Assembly (NCBI GenBank): GCA_964036045.1
Contig: OZ038378.1
Coordinates: 175,894,001-175,958,000 of the forward strand
DNA length: 64,000 nt
Origin: Eutreptiella sp. 'Long Island Sound 2002'
Lineage: Eukaryota > Protista > Euglenida
Direction of reading: 5' to 3'
A model generated the notes under the pieces. That model saw nothing but the letters and a program-made list of their open reading frames with translations, did no database searches and had not been told where the DNA came from. Below are positions 1 through 12,571 of the stretch, piece after piece (within the stretch, counting starts at the first letter, position 1; each line of letters opens with the position of its first letter). The position numbers and the translations under genes were made by a program.

Positions 1-499
1 GCGGATGCTTTGCCAATACATTTTAAGAATGAGGGGGCTAGAGGCCACGTTGTCTGTGGTGCGCATGGTACAGACCGATCTCCTGTTTGTGTGGTAGTGC
101 ATGTCCGCAAACTGTCACGGCCGCCTAGCTATTAGCCGTGTGATTTGCTGCGCATGCAATTGTTCCCTGATGTTATGCTTGACCAGTTTGAAATCCCCAG
201 TCAGCTAGAGGGCGTCCGTTGTGCCTGGTATCTGTCACTCCCACCACCCCGAAAGCAAGGAAGAGCTAAGTGGGTACGGAGTCGGGTGTGTTACAAAAAA
301 ACGCGTTTTTTCCCCCCCGCTTTTTTGGCCGTTTTTGGCCGCGGGTTGGTGTTTTTTCATGTTTTTTGGTGTTTTTTTTGTTTTTTCATGGTGGTATTAG
401 GTACAAACGCATCTTGTGGTACCAAGGAAGCATTGTTTTTTTGAATATTTTTGGCATTTGTTGTTTCTCCGACGTCTTCTGGTAGAGTGTTTTTTTATT

Positions 500-900
500 T
501 TTTTCCCTCATGCATGACGTACCAAGTAGTTCTACAATGGGGGACACACATATATGGGAGATGTGGGATGTGGGATGTTGGGTCCGTATGTCATGGCATG
601 AACATGTGCAAATGTGAATGCAAATCTATGATGACATGGCAAATAGAGTTGCAATGGGGGCCACACATATATTGCAAATCTATGATGACATGGCAAATAG
701 AGTTGCAATGGGGGCCACACATATATAGGAGATGTGGGATTTGGGATGTTACGTCCATATGTCATGGCATGTATACGTGCAATCTGTGATCTCATAGCAG
801 ATAGAGGTGCTATGGAGGTCACAAAAAGAAAGTAGATGGGATGTGGGATCTGGGATGTCTGGTATGGGATGTGGGACGTAGGATGTGGGATGTGCATTGC
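500..900. repeat. Degenerate tandem repeat (GATGTGG-rich) including a 54-bp duplication
   Basis: GCAAATCTATGATGACATGGCAAATAGAGTTGCAATGGGGGCCACACATATAT occurs at 620 and 674 (period 54). GGATGTGG motifs recur to about 900. Confidence 0.8.
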
Positions 901-945
901 AAATACGTAGGGCATGTTCGCTTCTTGCTAGCGTATTTTGTGTTG

Positions 946-2478
946 ATGCCTGGCGTCTGGGTGAAGAAGGACGTCGAGGGCGCCAAGTGGTCCTTTCATA
1001 AATCCGCCTCGGCTGCCGCTCGTTACCTGGGAGAGCAGGGCGTCAAGTTGCATGACGCCCAAGTCAGCCGGGAGGCCAAGCGCAATGGTGCCCGCGACGG
1101 TTGGCGTTTCACTCCCGACTTGAACGCGGTAGCCCCCCGTAATGCCACCGTTACCGCAAAACCTCGCGCAGCACCATCCATCCCCAACGGTTTTGCCAGT
1201 GCCAGCCGCGTTTGCGGTGCTTGCGATAGTGAGTTTGGAGGGCACCTTAGGAAATGCGTTTCCTGTGGCAAGCAGACCCATGAACTATGTGGTACTGTTG
1301 TTGTACAACACAAGTTCCATTGCTACATGTGCGTGTGCCTAGTCTGTCACTGTCCTTTGACAGGCCCTGTGGTAAAGTGTGCCCAATGCACGCGCACCGC
1401 TCATGGACATTGCACAACCGCGGTTGGTGACACAGTTCATTGCAAGGCTTGCGCCTCTCCACCACCACCACCACCAAACCGAGGCCAGCGGTGCCTGTTT
1501 CGCCAGCAGTGGCAAAAGGGGCGGCCGTGGTTGAAATACATCAACGACCTCATGCACTGCGCTGCTTGTCGGATGTACCCCCAGCCTGGTGGCTCCCCTG
1601 AATGGGCCCAGGGTACCAACAACTTCCGCGCCTCAGCCGTGAAGAAGCATGAGCGCTCCGGTCCGCACCATGTTGCACTGGCAATGTGGGTATCCAATGG
1701 TCAGAAGTCCTCTGCCTTAGGGACCTTGCCGCCGCACGTACGCGATGGGGTCTTGACGGCGTTCCGAGCGGTGTACCAAGGGGAGAAGAGCGGGGGTTCC
1801 TTGCGGGTCTTTCCTGGGGATGTGTCTATGATCGAGCTCTCTAGTGGCAATGTCCTTCCGGGCTACCGCTCCCGGTTCTCTGCCCGTGGCATTCTTGCAG
1901 CCATAGCAGTGCCTTTCCGCAACACCCAAGGCACCATCATCCAGAGCGCCGAGTACTTGGCTCTTGCTTCGAATTCAGCCACGGACAGGGCCGCCCACAA
2001 AGCAGAGCTAGTCTACTACCGGACCATATATGAAGGGAAGCCCCGAACGGCGTTCCCGTCATGTCAGGCTTTGCCAAATGGTACGGCTTCCGGAATCTTC
2101 TCCTTGTACAAGTGTGCCTTTACCGCCGCTGGTTTGGAGGTTACTGATTGGATCCCCAAGCTGGTGTGGCATTGTGCTGACGGTGCCACCATTTTGCAAG
2201 GCCGGCAAGAGGGCGCGTGTGCCCTCCTCCGTGACCTGCAGCAAGAGATCTGTGGATGGTCGCTGGTGGTGCCGATCCATGCGAACTGCCAACGCACGGA
2301 CGCCAGAGCGCAACTGGAAACAACAACAACCATCCATAATACACCAGGAAATAACATTGACCATCCAGAGCGCACCGGGAAACAACAGCGACCATCCAGA
2401 GCACACCATGAAATAACAGTGACCATCCAGATGGCACTAGGAAATAACCATGATCCTTTGGAGCACACCAGGAAGTAA
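946..2478 (+). pseudogene. Truncated hAT (ZNF862-like) transposase with N-terminal NUMOD1-like HTH, two PHD fingers and a TTF-type zinc finger
   Basis: ORF 841-2478, probable ATG at 946. Motifs in order: SFHKSASAAARYLG...GWRF (NUMOD1-like); two C4HC3 arrays (CGAC..CVSC..HELC..CYMC and CLVC..CAQC..HGHC..CKAC); FRQQWQKGRPWL..CAAC..GTNNFRASAVKKHERSGPH (TTF zinc finger); hAT catalytic segments ASNSATD, ELVYYR, ADGA, HANCQR. Homology ends near 2300, where a 31-bp repeat begins. Confidence 0.75.
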
Positions 2479-2660
2479 CAGTGACCATCAAGAGCGCACC
2501 AAGAAATAGAGTGCAATAGGAAACAACAGGAAACAACAGCGACCATCCAGAAATTACAGTGACCATCTAGAGCACACCAGGAAACAACAGTGACTATCTA
2601 GAGCCCACCAGGAAATAACAGTGAGCATCCAGAACGCAATAAGAAAGAACGGCGGCCATC
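2312..2660. repeat. 31-bp tandem repeat (about 11 degenerate copies)
   Basis: Unit approximately GGAAACAACAGCGACCATCCAGAGCGCACCA, repeated. Confidence 0.85.
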
Positions 2661-3019
2661 CACAGCGAAGTAGGAGATAACGTCAACCCGGCAATCCTTG
2701 GGCAAACCCACCTAAAAAACACCCTTGCTGCTGGGATACATTAATTTGTCAACACACAAGCAGGAACGAGTGAAAATAGTGGGAAAACGCCACGTCGGGT
2801 CACAAGGCCGAAGCAACCAATCTGCAACACAGTGTTTTTTTTCTGGTTTGTGTTGTTGATTGGTTGAGCTGTTGAGTGGCACCATGTTGTGAACCTTTAA
2901 ACAACATTTTCATTGCCCTGGAAAATGCATTTGAGGTCATAGTGATGTAGAAAAACAACATTTCGGGTGAAAAAAAATTACAAAAAAAATGGGATTAAAA
3001 AAAACACCGTTTTGGGTGT

Positions 3020-4600
3020 CTAGGTGTCACCGGGGTGCGTGACACCCGTATACCTCTACCTTGCCCGAAAGCGGGCGCCATCCCCAGTCATGCAGGGTTT
3101 TCAATGCTCTGCTAAAAGGTCGTGACTTGCGTGTGAGGGGGTTTGCCTCCCATACGGCTTGTGCCGCGATCACGGCTGGACCGCATGTCTTGCAGAGCCG
3201 TGCGAGCCTGGCGGCGCAGCTGTATGCGACCAACAGGGAGGGGGCAATTCTTTGTCCCTGACACATGAGATACAAAACAATTTCTTTCGCCCTGCCTGGC
3301 TTGGAGGCACCCCAAATGGCCCAGAGGAATCCACGCCCTTGCGGCAAAAGTTCCAGACCTGCCACCTTTTGACGGATGACCCCCGTGCTTGAAAATCAGT
3401 GGGCTCCTTCCAGAACTTGAACCACCAGTGAATCGGCAGGTGGAACAGCACGGCCTCCCTTTCATACGGGCCCTCCACGTCATGTTTGTTCCGGTATTGG
3501 CTGCACGCAAATTTCGGGACCAAAAGGCGCCCAAGGTCCTTCATTGAACTCGCGTTAGACTTTGAAGAATACGCTAAGTGTACACTGCCAGCGGCCCCTC
3601 AAGCCAAATTCCGGGAGCACACACTAGCACTGCAAGAGAGGGCTAGGGTTCTACGCCTGGCGCTATGCACACTACAAAACTGTTGGTGAAAACGGGCTCG
3701 CCCCGCCAAAGTCATCACGCGCGCCACGTCACCGGTGCGACTGGGTGGCCCGCTTGTGGCGGGTCTAAATCGAAGCCCATATTTTGCTTGCCGCGGCGCC
3801 ATGCATAAACTCATCCAGCATCTGTCTTCCCACTGCGAGTCTACATGGACCCTATGCACGCAGACACGCACCAACGCACACTGGCCATACGTGTATCGCC
3901 ACCGGCGGTTTGAGCAGGAAGTCGAAGAAGTGCGCCTGCAACGCGCACTCACAGGCAGCCCGAACACCGGACTTATGCCCTCATCCCCCCTTTGCGCTAA
4001 GGGGGGGGGGGGCGGGTGCGGCCAATTTTGCGAGGGATTTCTACCCCATCATGGGGGTGGGCAAAGTCGCCCAGGCCCCGTACACAGTCACTCGCAGACA
4101 CGTACTGGGGCCAACGGCTGCAACCACATGCACCACGGTGCCCTGATCCATAACGTCAGTGCATGCATGCCCTGCCCACGGGCTACCGGCATGCGTCACA
4201 TGTTAACGGCTCTGCCCGTCGGCAGCGACATGCTGCGCCAAAGGCCACCACACGCCAGTGTATGTGGACCGTAGACCACTGTCCAAGGTCTGCCAGGCGC
4301 ACGGGCTGCCACCATGCCCGCGCTGCACCCTTATGCAACGGGGGGTACGGCACTGCTGCCAAAGAGGACACCACAAGGTAAATACCCTGCACAAATGTCT
4401 GGGCAAAAGGACAGTAGGCGCCAGTAAACGGCCCCGGCTGCAGTCTGCAGCCCCAGCACACGCGCGGATGCATCCACGCTCCCCGCACATACCTCCCACA
4501 CCGCCAGCCAGCAACGGAGACCCAAATCCCCCATCCCCCCCTCCCCTCCAGCCCCGCGGCCGTAGAGGATGCGGATGGATGACGACACAACGGTGGTGAG
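3020..4600. mobile_element. Scrambled non-LTR retrotransposon remnants on both strands
   Basis: The + strand SFIELALDFEE..LQERARVLRLA (3486-3689), the - strand RALKTLHDWGWRPLSG (3027-3365) and the - strand CPF/TLWCPLWQQCR zinc-finger-like segment resemble post-RT regions of protist LINEs. Many stops and frameshifts. Confidence 0.35.
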
Positions 4601-7600
4601 GGCATTGTTTTCCAAGGGCCACGGGCGCGCATCCTCGGAAGTCACATGATCCCACAATACTACACACGTTCTGACTCCGTGGAAAGACACAATAACGAGT
4701 ATATGCACAGCCCCGCCCTCGTGCCGGGCTAAGTTTACCGGTTGCACTACCGCCACATATGGGTCTCCCTCGTTATGTTGCTCTTGTGAAGGTTGTGTGT
4801 GTGCACCGGGGTGGAGCAAATTGAGTGCCGCTACGAGTGGGTGAGGGAGGTGCTGCAAACAGAGGAAATGTCCGCCATGCATGGAAATGGTGGGCTAAGG
4901 CTGTGATTCGCCTCATGCAGCAGTTGCAGGACCGACGCACCTATTCAGTCGTGCGGTCCAAGGCGGGGCGTATGCTCTGTGATCGTCGTACCATTGCCCA
5001 TGAGCTGGTGCAGTACTGGTCTGGAGTAATGGTGGGGGGGGGCTCGCAGTGAGGCAGAGTGTTACGAGTGGCTTCTGCGCCCTGGTCTGCCGACTGTGTG
5101 GTGCACGTTGGCGCCAGCTTTGTGGAAAGACGGTAGTCTTGAATTGGTAGAAGCAGCACTCCACCAGATGGACCTGTCGTCCTCGCTTGGGGACGATGGT
5201 ATTCCGGCGGGAGTCTACCAAGCATTCTCTGCCTTCTACTCCCCGCACATGCAGCATGCGTACTCTGAGATTGAAAGGGGAGGTATCCTTGAGGCGTGGT
5301 TGCGCTTGTTCGCACGCTGGCCAAAGAGCCCGGGTCGGCTACGGTTGACGCCCAGCGCCCCATAGCCTTGCAGCAGGCTCGCCTTAAATGGCCGATTGGC
5401 ATCCAGCTCCTCCACGCGCAGGATGCACTTTTTCAAATTGTTCCCCCGGGATCAAAGGCATACTTGAAGGGCCGCACTATGTATGACCACTTGGCGTCCG
5501 TGCAACAGCGCTGGGATACGAGCCCGGGAGATGCCTCGGCCTGCTGGGTGGCGGTGGATTACTCAAAAGCGTATGATTCGGTAAGCCACTCTATGCTACG
5601 GGTGCTTGTCCGGTATATTCCTATACCAGCACCCTAGATTGAAGTGCTGGGACAAATTCTTCAGGGGCCCGTGTTTTTTCTGGTAGGGGGGGGGGATGTC
5701 GTACGGGACGAAGTCTTGCGGCCTGCGTTGGGATTCACCAAGGGGACCCCCTCTCCCCAATATTGTTTTCCCTTGTCACCTCATTGATTGTGTATGTACT
5801 GCGTCCTCTAGATGCGGCAGTCTGGTTGTACTCTGACGATGCGCTGCTCGGGTTTGACTGTGCGTCTTCAGCAAACAATGAGAACCTGCTTTATGAGGTT
5901 TGCTCTTTTTTTGTGGAATTTGGCCAGTACACTGGCCTGTGCTTAAATCTGTCTAAGACAAAAGCCCTGCTCCAGGGTGTCGGCCCCTGGCTTGCTGTTT
6001 TATCGGTTGTCACTGTGGTCTCATCCGTCAAGTATCCAGGAGCCCTGTTTAGCGACGTCGCGCCAGGCGCTGCCTTTGATAAGGCTGTTGCTAGTTTTGA
6101 ACACCGGTGCACGCTCATCTCTCGTATGCCGCTGTCCATGGCAGAGAAAGTGCAAATTATTTATACGTGGTGTCATCCAGTGCTGAAGGTCACGGCGGTG
6201 GCGTACTACCCACCGCCTGGGGTGCTGGTTCGCAGTCGGGCAGCGCTGCAGCGTGCGTGCGGGTGCCCTTTAACATTGTAGGCAAATGGAAACTGCCACT
6301 AGATGTTTTGCACCTCCCTAAGGCAGATGGTGGCCATGCCCTGTGGATGCCTGACGCCTACCTCCTGCTGACACACGCCTCCACTTTCTGGAGGTATCTC
6401 CAGCAACTGACCCGGTTTGGCCTGCTACAACGCAATGTACTCCGGGATTGGCTGGCTTATAAGGGCATTGTGCATACTGTCGCAGAGCTACCATTGCTGC
6501 AACTGTCCCCCTGTGCTATTAGGGGGGGCCCGTGGCTTACTGTGTCAAGGCGCTCTCTGACTTAAATAAGTTGCGGGGCGGCGTGGCGCTCGATTGGCGA
6601 CAGGTGGCAAGTGCGCTATTGTGGAACAGTCGCGTGTTAACTGTTGCGGGCCACACTGTGACCTGCAGGCATTTGATCCGATAGCCCGTCCTAAGGGTCC
6701 GTGACCTGATTGACTCAGACTCCAAGACCGTGCGCCTCTCGGCGGCCTCCCGTGGGACCCGCAAGCTGCGCCTAGCCCAATGGGAGAAGCTGCACTCGGT
6801 TTTGGGGTCCCTGGCAAGGGCCCGGGAGTCGCGACTGCCAGTGTCAGGCGCATCCGGCGCGCTCTGTTTTGAGCAAGGTTTTAAGTTTTCTCCAGTGTCT
6901 CAGTCGGTAGCAGCCTTTGTTTGCACAGATAGATGGCTGCAGGAAGCTTGTGTTTTGCGGGCCTTCCACCGCCTCCACCTGCCTCCTAAAGACTTGGATT
7001 TTATTTTCACCTGCCTCTGGAAAAAGCTGCGTGTTGGTAAGCGCTTACATGCCATCTTTCCTATAGTTCCCTCCACCTGCCCCGTGAATGGGGCGGCGGA
7101 AGATGTGTATCATAGGACTAAAGCTTGCACCTGGCTCACGGTGCCGCTTCGTATTCTGCAGTGTACCTTTGCAGAGGTGACCTCCTCTGCGGGCCGTGCC
7201 CCTATGAGCGGACTCTGCAGTGACTACCTAGCACTGTCCCTGTCTTGTGCTTTTGGCTTACTGCTCTGGAAAACTGTCCGCGTCCTTTGGACGTACAGGT
7301 GCTTTGTCGCGTTCCGGTCGGAAGCCCCGCAAATGGATGCCTTTTTCCGCATCCTGCATTCCGACCTGGCCTCTTGGGCGGCGGTCCCCGATCTTTCTAT
7401 TTCACACACGGCGGTTTCTTTATACATGCATGCGATTGAGCGCTGGCTCTCAGACCGGGACATCCTTATGTTGTACCTGGGGCTGTCACATGCAAAATAT
7501 CGACAGGGCACACTTCATAATCCGTGTTGCCGCTGCTCTGTCACTCAGGGACGTGAGCCCACCACCTTTGCGGTGAGTGCCGTGAATTCACGGTTGTCTC

Positions 7601-7626
7601 ATTTTTCCGTTGGTGAGTGGTGGTGA
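4600..7626 (+). mobile_element. Degenerate L1/Tx1-like LINE (reverse transcriptase plus C-terminal CCHC zinc finger)
   Basis: RT motifs appear in order across frameshifted ORFs: SSLGDDGIP, QRPIAL, KGRTMYD, VDYSKAYDSV, GIHQGDPLSP (about 5730), LYSDD (about 5829), GLCLNLSKT, VKYPG. These are followed by the thumb, LPKADGG and TCPVNGAAEDVYHRTKAC. Confidence 0.85.
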
Positions 7627-10504
7627 GTAGTTTCTCCACAAGGCTACAATGGGGAGGGCATTTTTCTTGGGAAAAACGGGAAAAATGGGACGTAGAAAAA
7701 TGAGGGCAAATTAAGAATTTTCACGCATGGTCAAGTGCAATACATGACTTCGCGAAGTTTTCACATGACAGTGCCCCACTGCGCTGTCGGCATGGAGCCG
7801 GGATGTTTCCTCTACCCCCATTTTGTACCACGACTGTGTTTAGTGTGCAGATCTGTATCCGAAAAGGTGATATTCAGGAAAAGTGACCGAAATGATTGTG
7901 AAGGAAATGCACAGTGACGAACAAGTGACCCCGACAGACCGGCCTCATGCCACCTCCCATCTTCATCTAAACATCCCCCCCCCCCCCCCGGAAATTTCCT
8001 CACTGGAAGGACCGAGACCTGTGTTGTTGCATTGCCACATTGATCCACTGGGAGACGTTTGCTGGTTTTTTTCCATTTTCCCCATCGTTTCCTATATTTG
8101 TTCTCAGGTTATAATACTACATGTCTTCATTTACCCCCATTTCACCCCTTTTTTCGTGTTTCCCCCGTTTTCCCCCATTTTGCCCATTTTGTCAGGCTCT
8201 GTGGTGAGTCGGTAAGTCCGGTGGCAGTCAGCTTACAGGCTTGATCACTCGATGAAATGTTGTCAGAGGTCTGGTTGAGGAGGGTTTGGGGCAGCCACTG
8301 GAGAGTGTTGCGGAAGGTTGGGACAGGGGCTCGGAGAAAGTTTGTTAGAGGGTTGGGAGGATTGGAAGGATATTGGTCTGCTGAAGAAAGGGGGGTGGGT
8401 AAGAGTTGGAAGAGGGATTCTAAAGCCATGTCGTTACTCGCCAGGCGGCAGGTTAGCATTGCTGGGGACGAGAACAAGATGCTGGAGTTGCCAGAGCTGA
8501 CGCTACCACCGACGCCTCAGAAGCACCTCAAACGCTCGTTTCAGAGCATCGGAATGAAGGTCATACAGCAGCAGGAAACAGATCAAAACCTTGGGCGGAA
8601 ACCCAGCAACAAGGTTCCCATCGCCCCCGTCCTTGTCCCCAGGCCCCGCCACTTTTTGCAGCCCCGTTGCCGTTGGATGCCTACAACCAACCTGGGCCAA
8701 CGAGCAGGTCATACGAAAGGGAGGACCGGGATTGGTGCCGAATTCTGGCGCTCAAAGCACCTCATAAATTTGTGTGGTGCACAGCAAACAACAGGTTTGC
8801 AAACACCGAAAATCGCTGTGATTCACAAACTCTGTATTGCAGCTGCCCAAGGTGGGGGGCTGACTCCTTTGTCTGGGTACCCTGAGCCCATACCCGCCCC
8901 TCGGCTTTCGGCCATACTTGGTTGACTGACCTAGTCCAGCTGGGGTCTGACATGGCCATTGGCACCGAAGGTGCCGGAAGGTACACTCTGTCTATGGCGG
9001 TCTGCCACCAAAATATTCATGTATGGTCTTCCTTTATCTGCATCTGCATCCGCACCCACTCCGCCCCTCCCCGTCCCGTCAGAGCAGGAGGGATCACTGA
9101 CCCTCTCTTCAGATTCCCCAGGGCGGAGGAGGGCAAAACATAGGCGCTGCTCGTGACCTCTAGGACCTCTGCGTCAACTTTATGGGCAGGGTGTGTCATT
9201 TGATGATGCTCTGTGGTGTGCGTATTCTCGCCGGGAAGGTAGATAAGCCAATCGAGCAGCGGAAATTGCCACCGACTCGTGACCTCATGGTACATGCGCT
9301 TGCGATGGTATGGTATGGCACACAAGAACGCTGGGGGAGTCTCAATATGGGTTGCAGCCATCCCCTCATTCCCTTTCCCGTCCTGTGGAGGTGCATGTCC
9401 ATCATGCGGCCCAGGGGACATAGTGCATGACGGCTGGCCATGCAGTATTGAGGTCAAAACCCAAGTGCTTCATTAGTGATAGTGCTAAGTCGTTCTTGGC
9501 ACTGGGTATCATTGGTGACTAATAATGGTTCGCTGGTGCTTCCATATTGCGGGGTTGTTCTACCGCTACCTCTACCCCTGCCCATCTCCCTCCGCCCTCC
9601 CCATCCTCCTCCTCTTCCTCACTCCCCATCCTGAGCCCACTCCTCATTGCCCTTGCTGTCCTTGTCCCAGCCGTGGTCCTTACAATGACCCCCCACCCTC
9701 CCCTTCCTGAAATGGTGAGGTTTGGACCATACCACATGCCAAAGACACCGCGAGCTATTGATCCCCATATATGTTGAGCCTGTATAGACACATGTGGAAA
9801 TTTTCATGCACCCAACTTTGCTATACCCCAAATTATTGGGATATGGTGGAGATTTCAAACATGGAGTTGTACTTGTGCAGTTTTCCAAGGGGGCGGAGGG
9901 TCATTTTGAGAACTTTTCATGGAAAAGGTAGGGCCTTCCTGCAATTTTTAGTGGACGGGCGCTAGGTTGGTCAAAGAACACATGTGAGGCACCTAGTGCT
10001 GGGCACTATTTCTATGTGCAAGATCATGTTGGATTTTAAGCCCATGGCCAAGCCCCATGTAAGCCCCGTATTCCAAGGTAGCTGACTGCAAAGGGGTCTC
10101 ACACCACCGTCTAGCATGGCCGCCTATTGTACAACCAATTGTCTTGTACAATGACTCTGCAATAAAGGGGGTGCTTATCCTCCGGCGCCTGAAATTTGGG
10201 TAATTATCCTGGAACAGAGGCAGTTTAGTGGTATGTACGCAATTTAGTGGTATGTACACACATGCGTTTTTTATGCAACATATACCCCTACACACCCCTT
10301 CCCCCTGTTTTTGTTACCATTTTTACCTTTTTTGGCCCCTTCCCCCCACAAATGGTGCACTTGTTGCCCGTCCCCAATATGGAATGGGCCGTGTTGAGTT
10401 GTCCCCGCTGCGGCAAGGGTTAGGTAGCATGGGGGTGGTTGCCGGGCAGGACCCGACCCCAAGGGCGTCGGCGGTGATCTACTGCACCCAGCTAAATGAA
10501 ACCT

Positions 10505-10790
10505 ATGGCGGTGTGTAAGAGTGCTTTGAGCGCTAGATCGGGCAAGATTAGGCGCTGTACAAATGTCGTTTGTTGCTCGTTGAAGATCCTGCCCTCGAGC
10601 TTAGCCCCGGCTCAATGTGGCGGTGCTCCAAGGGTGAACGCTGGTGGTTACGTAATGCGTTCACACTATCTTACCGCTCCTTGATTGTTAGAGCTAAGGA
10701 CACCCACACCCACACCCACACTTCACGGCCCCTTTCCGGTTGGGGATATGGATTGGCCCCTTTCAGGTTGGGGATACGGACTGGCTCCTT
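10505..10790. repeat. Dispersed repeat homologous to 56540-56970
   Basis: Shares GCGCT(G/A)TACAAATGTCGTTTGTTGC, TGAAGATCCTGC and GGCCCCT...GTTGGGG motifs with the 56.5-57 kb region. Confidence 0.6.
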
Positions 10791-12039
10791 TGTGGTGGTA
10801 TTACTAACAAATTTCTTTTTAACTTAGTTAAGTGGTGCAAGGGGCGGTTCCCCTTCTTTGCAAAACATGTGAAAGCCAACACAGTGCCCAAATCCTAATT
10901 TGCGTGCGCCCAAACCTAAACCGAACTAAAAGCACTTGCCATAGAGCGATGGGAGTAGGTGCCCTCAAGACAACACTCGCCACAGAGCAATGGGAGTAGG
11001 CACTGTGTTGACGAGTAGTCTTCATTACAAGTGAAACGCAAAATGACGAAATGAAACGAAGGGATGGGCTCCCTTTGACCAACCTTCGAAACGCGAAATG
11101 ACTTGAAACGGCCGCATAATTCCATTGGGCACCCTATGATGTAGGGGGTCGGGCAACAAAGTGTGATGGTGGGGCTGATGTCGTGCTATGGTGGGGGGGG
11201 GCTGGACATACGTTGTGTGGTACATTGCGTATCCCGGAGTGCACTCAATGCTTCTTTGGAAATTTTTTTGCTATAAAGCATGTTGTGCGAGTTTGTGAAC
11301 CTCTCAATAAATTCAAACATTGTAAAAATAGGTAGTGGTTGTTGTTGATGTGTGCGCAAAACAACCACGGAATGCCGCGAGACACACCCATACACCCATA
11401 CACACTTACACATAGCCATAGCACAGCGGAGGGCTCACGTACAATCATACTAGTTGCGTCATTCAAGGGGTATGGGGGGAGCAGTAGCACTGGGGCTTTG
11501 CTACTTCTGACCGAGGGGTTGGTGTCCCTCCTCCTCCTCCTCCTCCTCCTCAATCATAGCAGAAGGGTGGGACTCCCTACCATGCTTCGCATGTTGAGCT
11601 GGGCCTGTAGTCTCTCTTCTCTAGAGAGCGATGGTGTCAACAGATCAATGTGCATGGAATTTTTTTTGTTCCGGTGTATACCTTCTAGACAGGGTTCCTC
11701 ACAGGACCCCACAATCCCTTGCTCCTCAACTACTGTTTTAAGTTGTGTGCGGGTTGGGTCAGGTTTGGGCGGGGACGGGGGGAAGGGGGGCACGAGGGGA
11801 GAGGAAAGTGTGTGGGGAGGAAGGGTAGGGGTGTGCTGTTGTTGTGTGCTGTAGTTGCATTCTTTGAATTGCATGCCTGTTTTTTTTTTAATTGCATGGT
11901 GGCCTATTGTCCACAACTTGTATTGTACGATCCCTGGCGGTAATGCACCGTCCAACATGCTAGGGCCCTGCGATCTGTCTGAATTGCTGCGAGGGACCAA
12001 GGGTAGGGTTGCACTTGGGTTCAGAAATCGCCCGCGCAA

Positions 12040-12124
12040 CCTCACGTCACGTCACCTTGCCTCACCTCACCCATCCTCCGGCTTGCTCTTCTGCCTCCAT
12101 TCCCATCCCAATCCTCATTTCCAG
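12040..12124 (+). promoter_or_regulatory. Polypyrimidine tract plus CAG acceptor directly before the channel ATG (probable trans-splice acceptor or upstream-intron 3' site)
   Basis: Long C/T tract ending ...AATCCTCATTTCCAG|ATG at 12124/12125. Confidence 0.55.
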
Positions 12125-12571
12125 ATGCTATCTGTGGGGCAACGGGTTGCTCTCCCCGGCAAGAAGATGGTGGACATCGCCAAGGCTGCTCTGGCGCAGC
12201 ACAAGAAGGCAGTGATGACCTCAGCCTGCACTCTTGTGGCCTTTGCTGCTTTTCACTCGATGCAGCGCCCCAAGCCACCCCCAACACCGGAGGAATTGGA
12301 CCGAAAGTACGACCGATTGGACCGCTTCTTGGCGCCCCTGCACTTTGCTATGTGCTTGTACTTCTTCTGGAGAGTTCCCCTGTCCATCTGCTTCCGAACC
12401 CCGATCGCGTGGGGCTGGGGTGAAGTCGTGTTGCTGTGTCTGCTGGGGATCTTGGAGGTCACCATGCTGTGTCTGGAACTGCATCGGCCCTTCGATAACA
12501 AGGGCCAAAAGCTTTACGACTTCAAAGACGTCTGGAAATGCAAGCGCCTGTCGCCGCATTTCTGGCTGCAG
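12125..12571 (+). CDS. Cyclic-nucleotide-regulated 6TM channel with three CNBDs, exon 1 of 8 (N-terminus, S1-S2, start of S3)
   Basis: MLSVGQ...LAPLHFAMCLYFFWRVPLSICF...LHRPFDNKGQKLYDFKDVWK..HFWLQ. A phase-0 donor CAG|GT at 12571/12572 joins in frame to VLSALP, giving the KCNH/CNG S3 pattern FWLQVLSALP. Confidence 0.8.

Noticed and set aside
260-3055. TIR pair around the hAT remnant
   Set aside because: Only patchy similarity between about 270-310 and about 3000-3055, and no TSD was identified.
3660-3960. Minus-strand RNase H-like reading
   Set aside because: Interrupted by stops; the plus strand gives the more convincing LINE C-terminal motif.
8257-8925. 222-aa ORF
   Set aside because: No recognisable motif, low complexity, no splice or codon support.
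9525-9790. Ser/Pro-rich peptide with a hydrophobic segment (LSPLLIALAVLVPAVVLTM)
   Set aside because: Could be an exon, but it derives largely from a CT-rich low-complexity tract and could not be linked to a gene.
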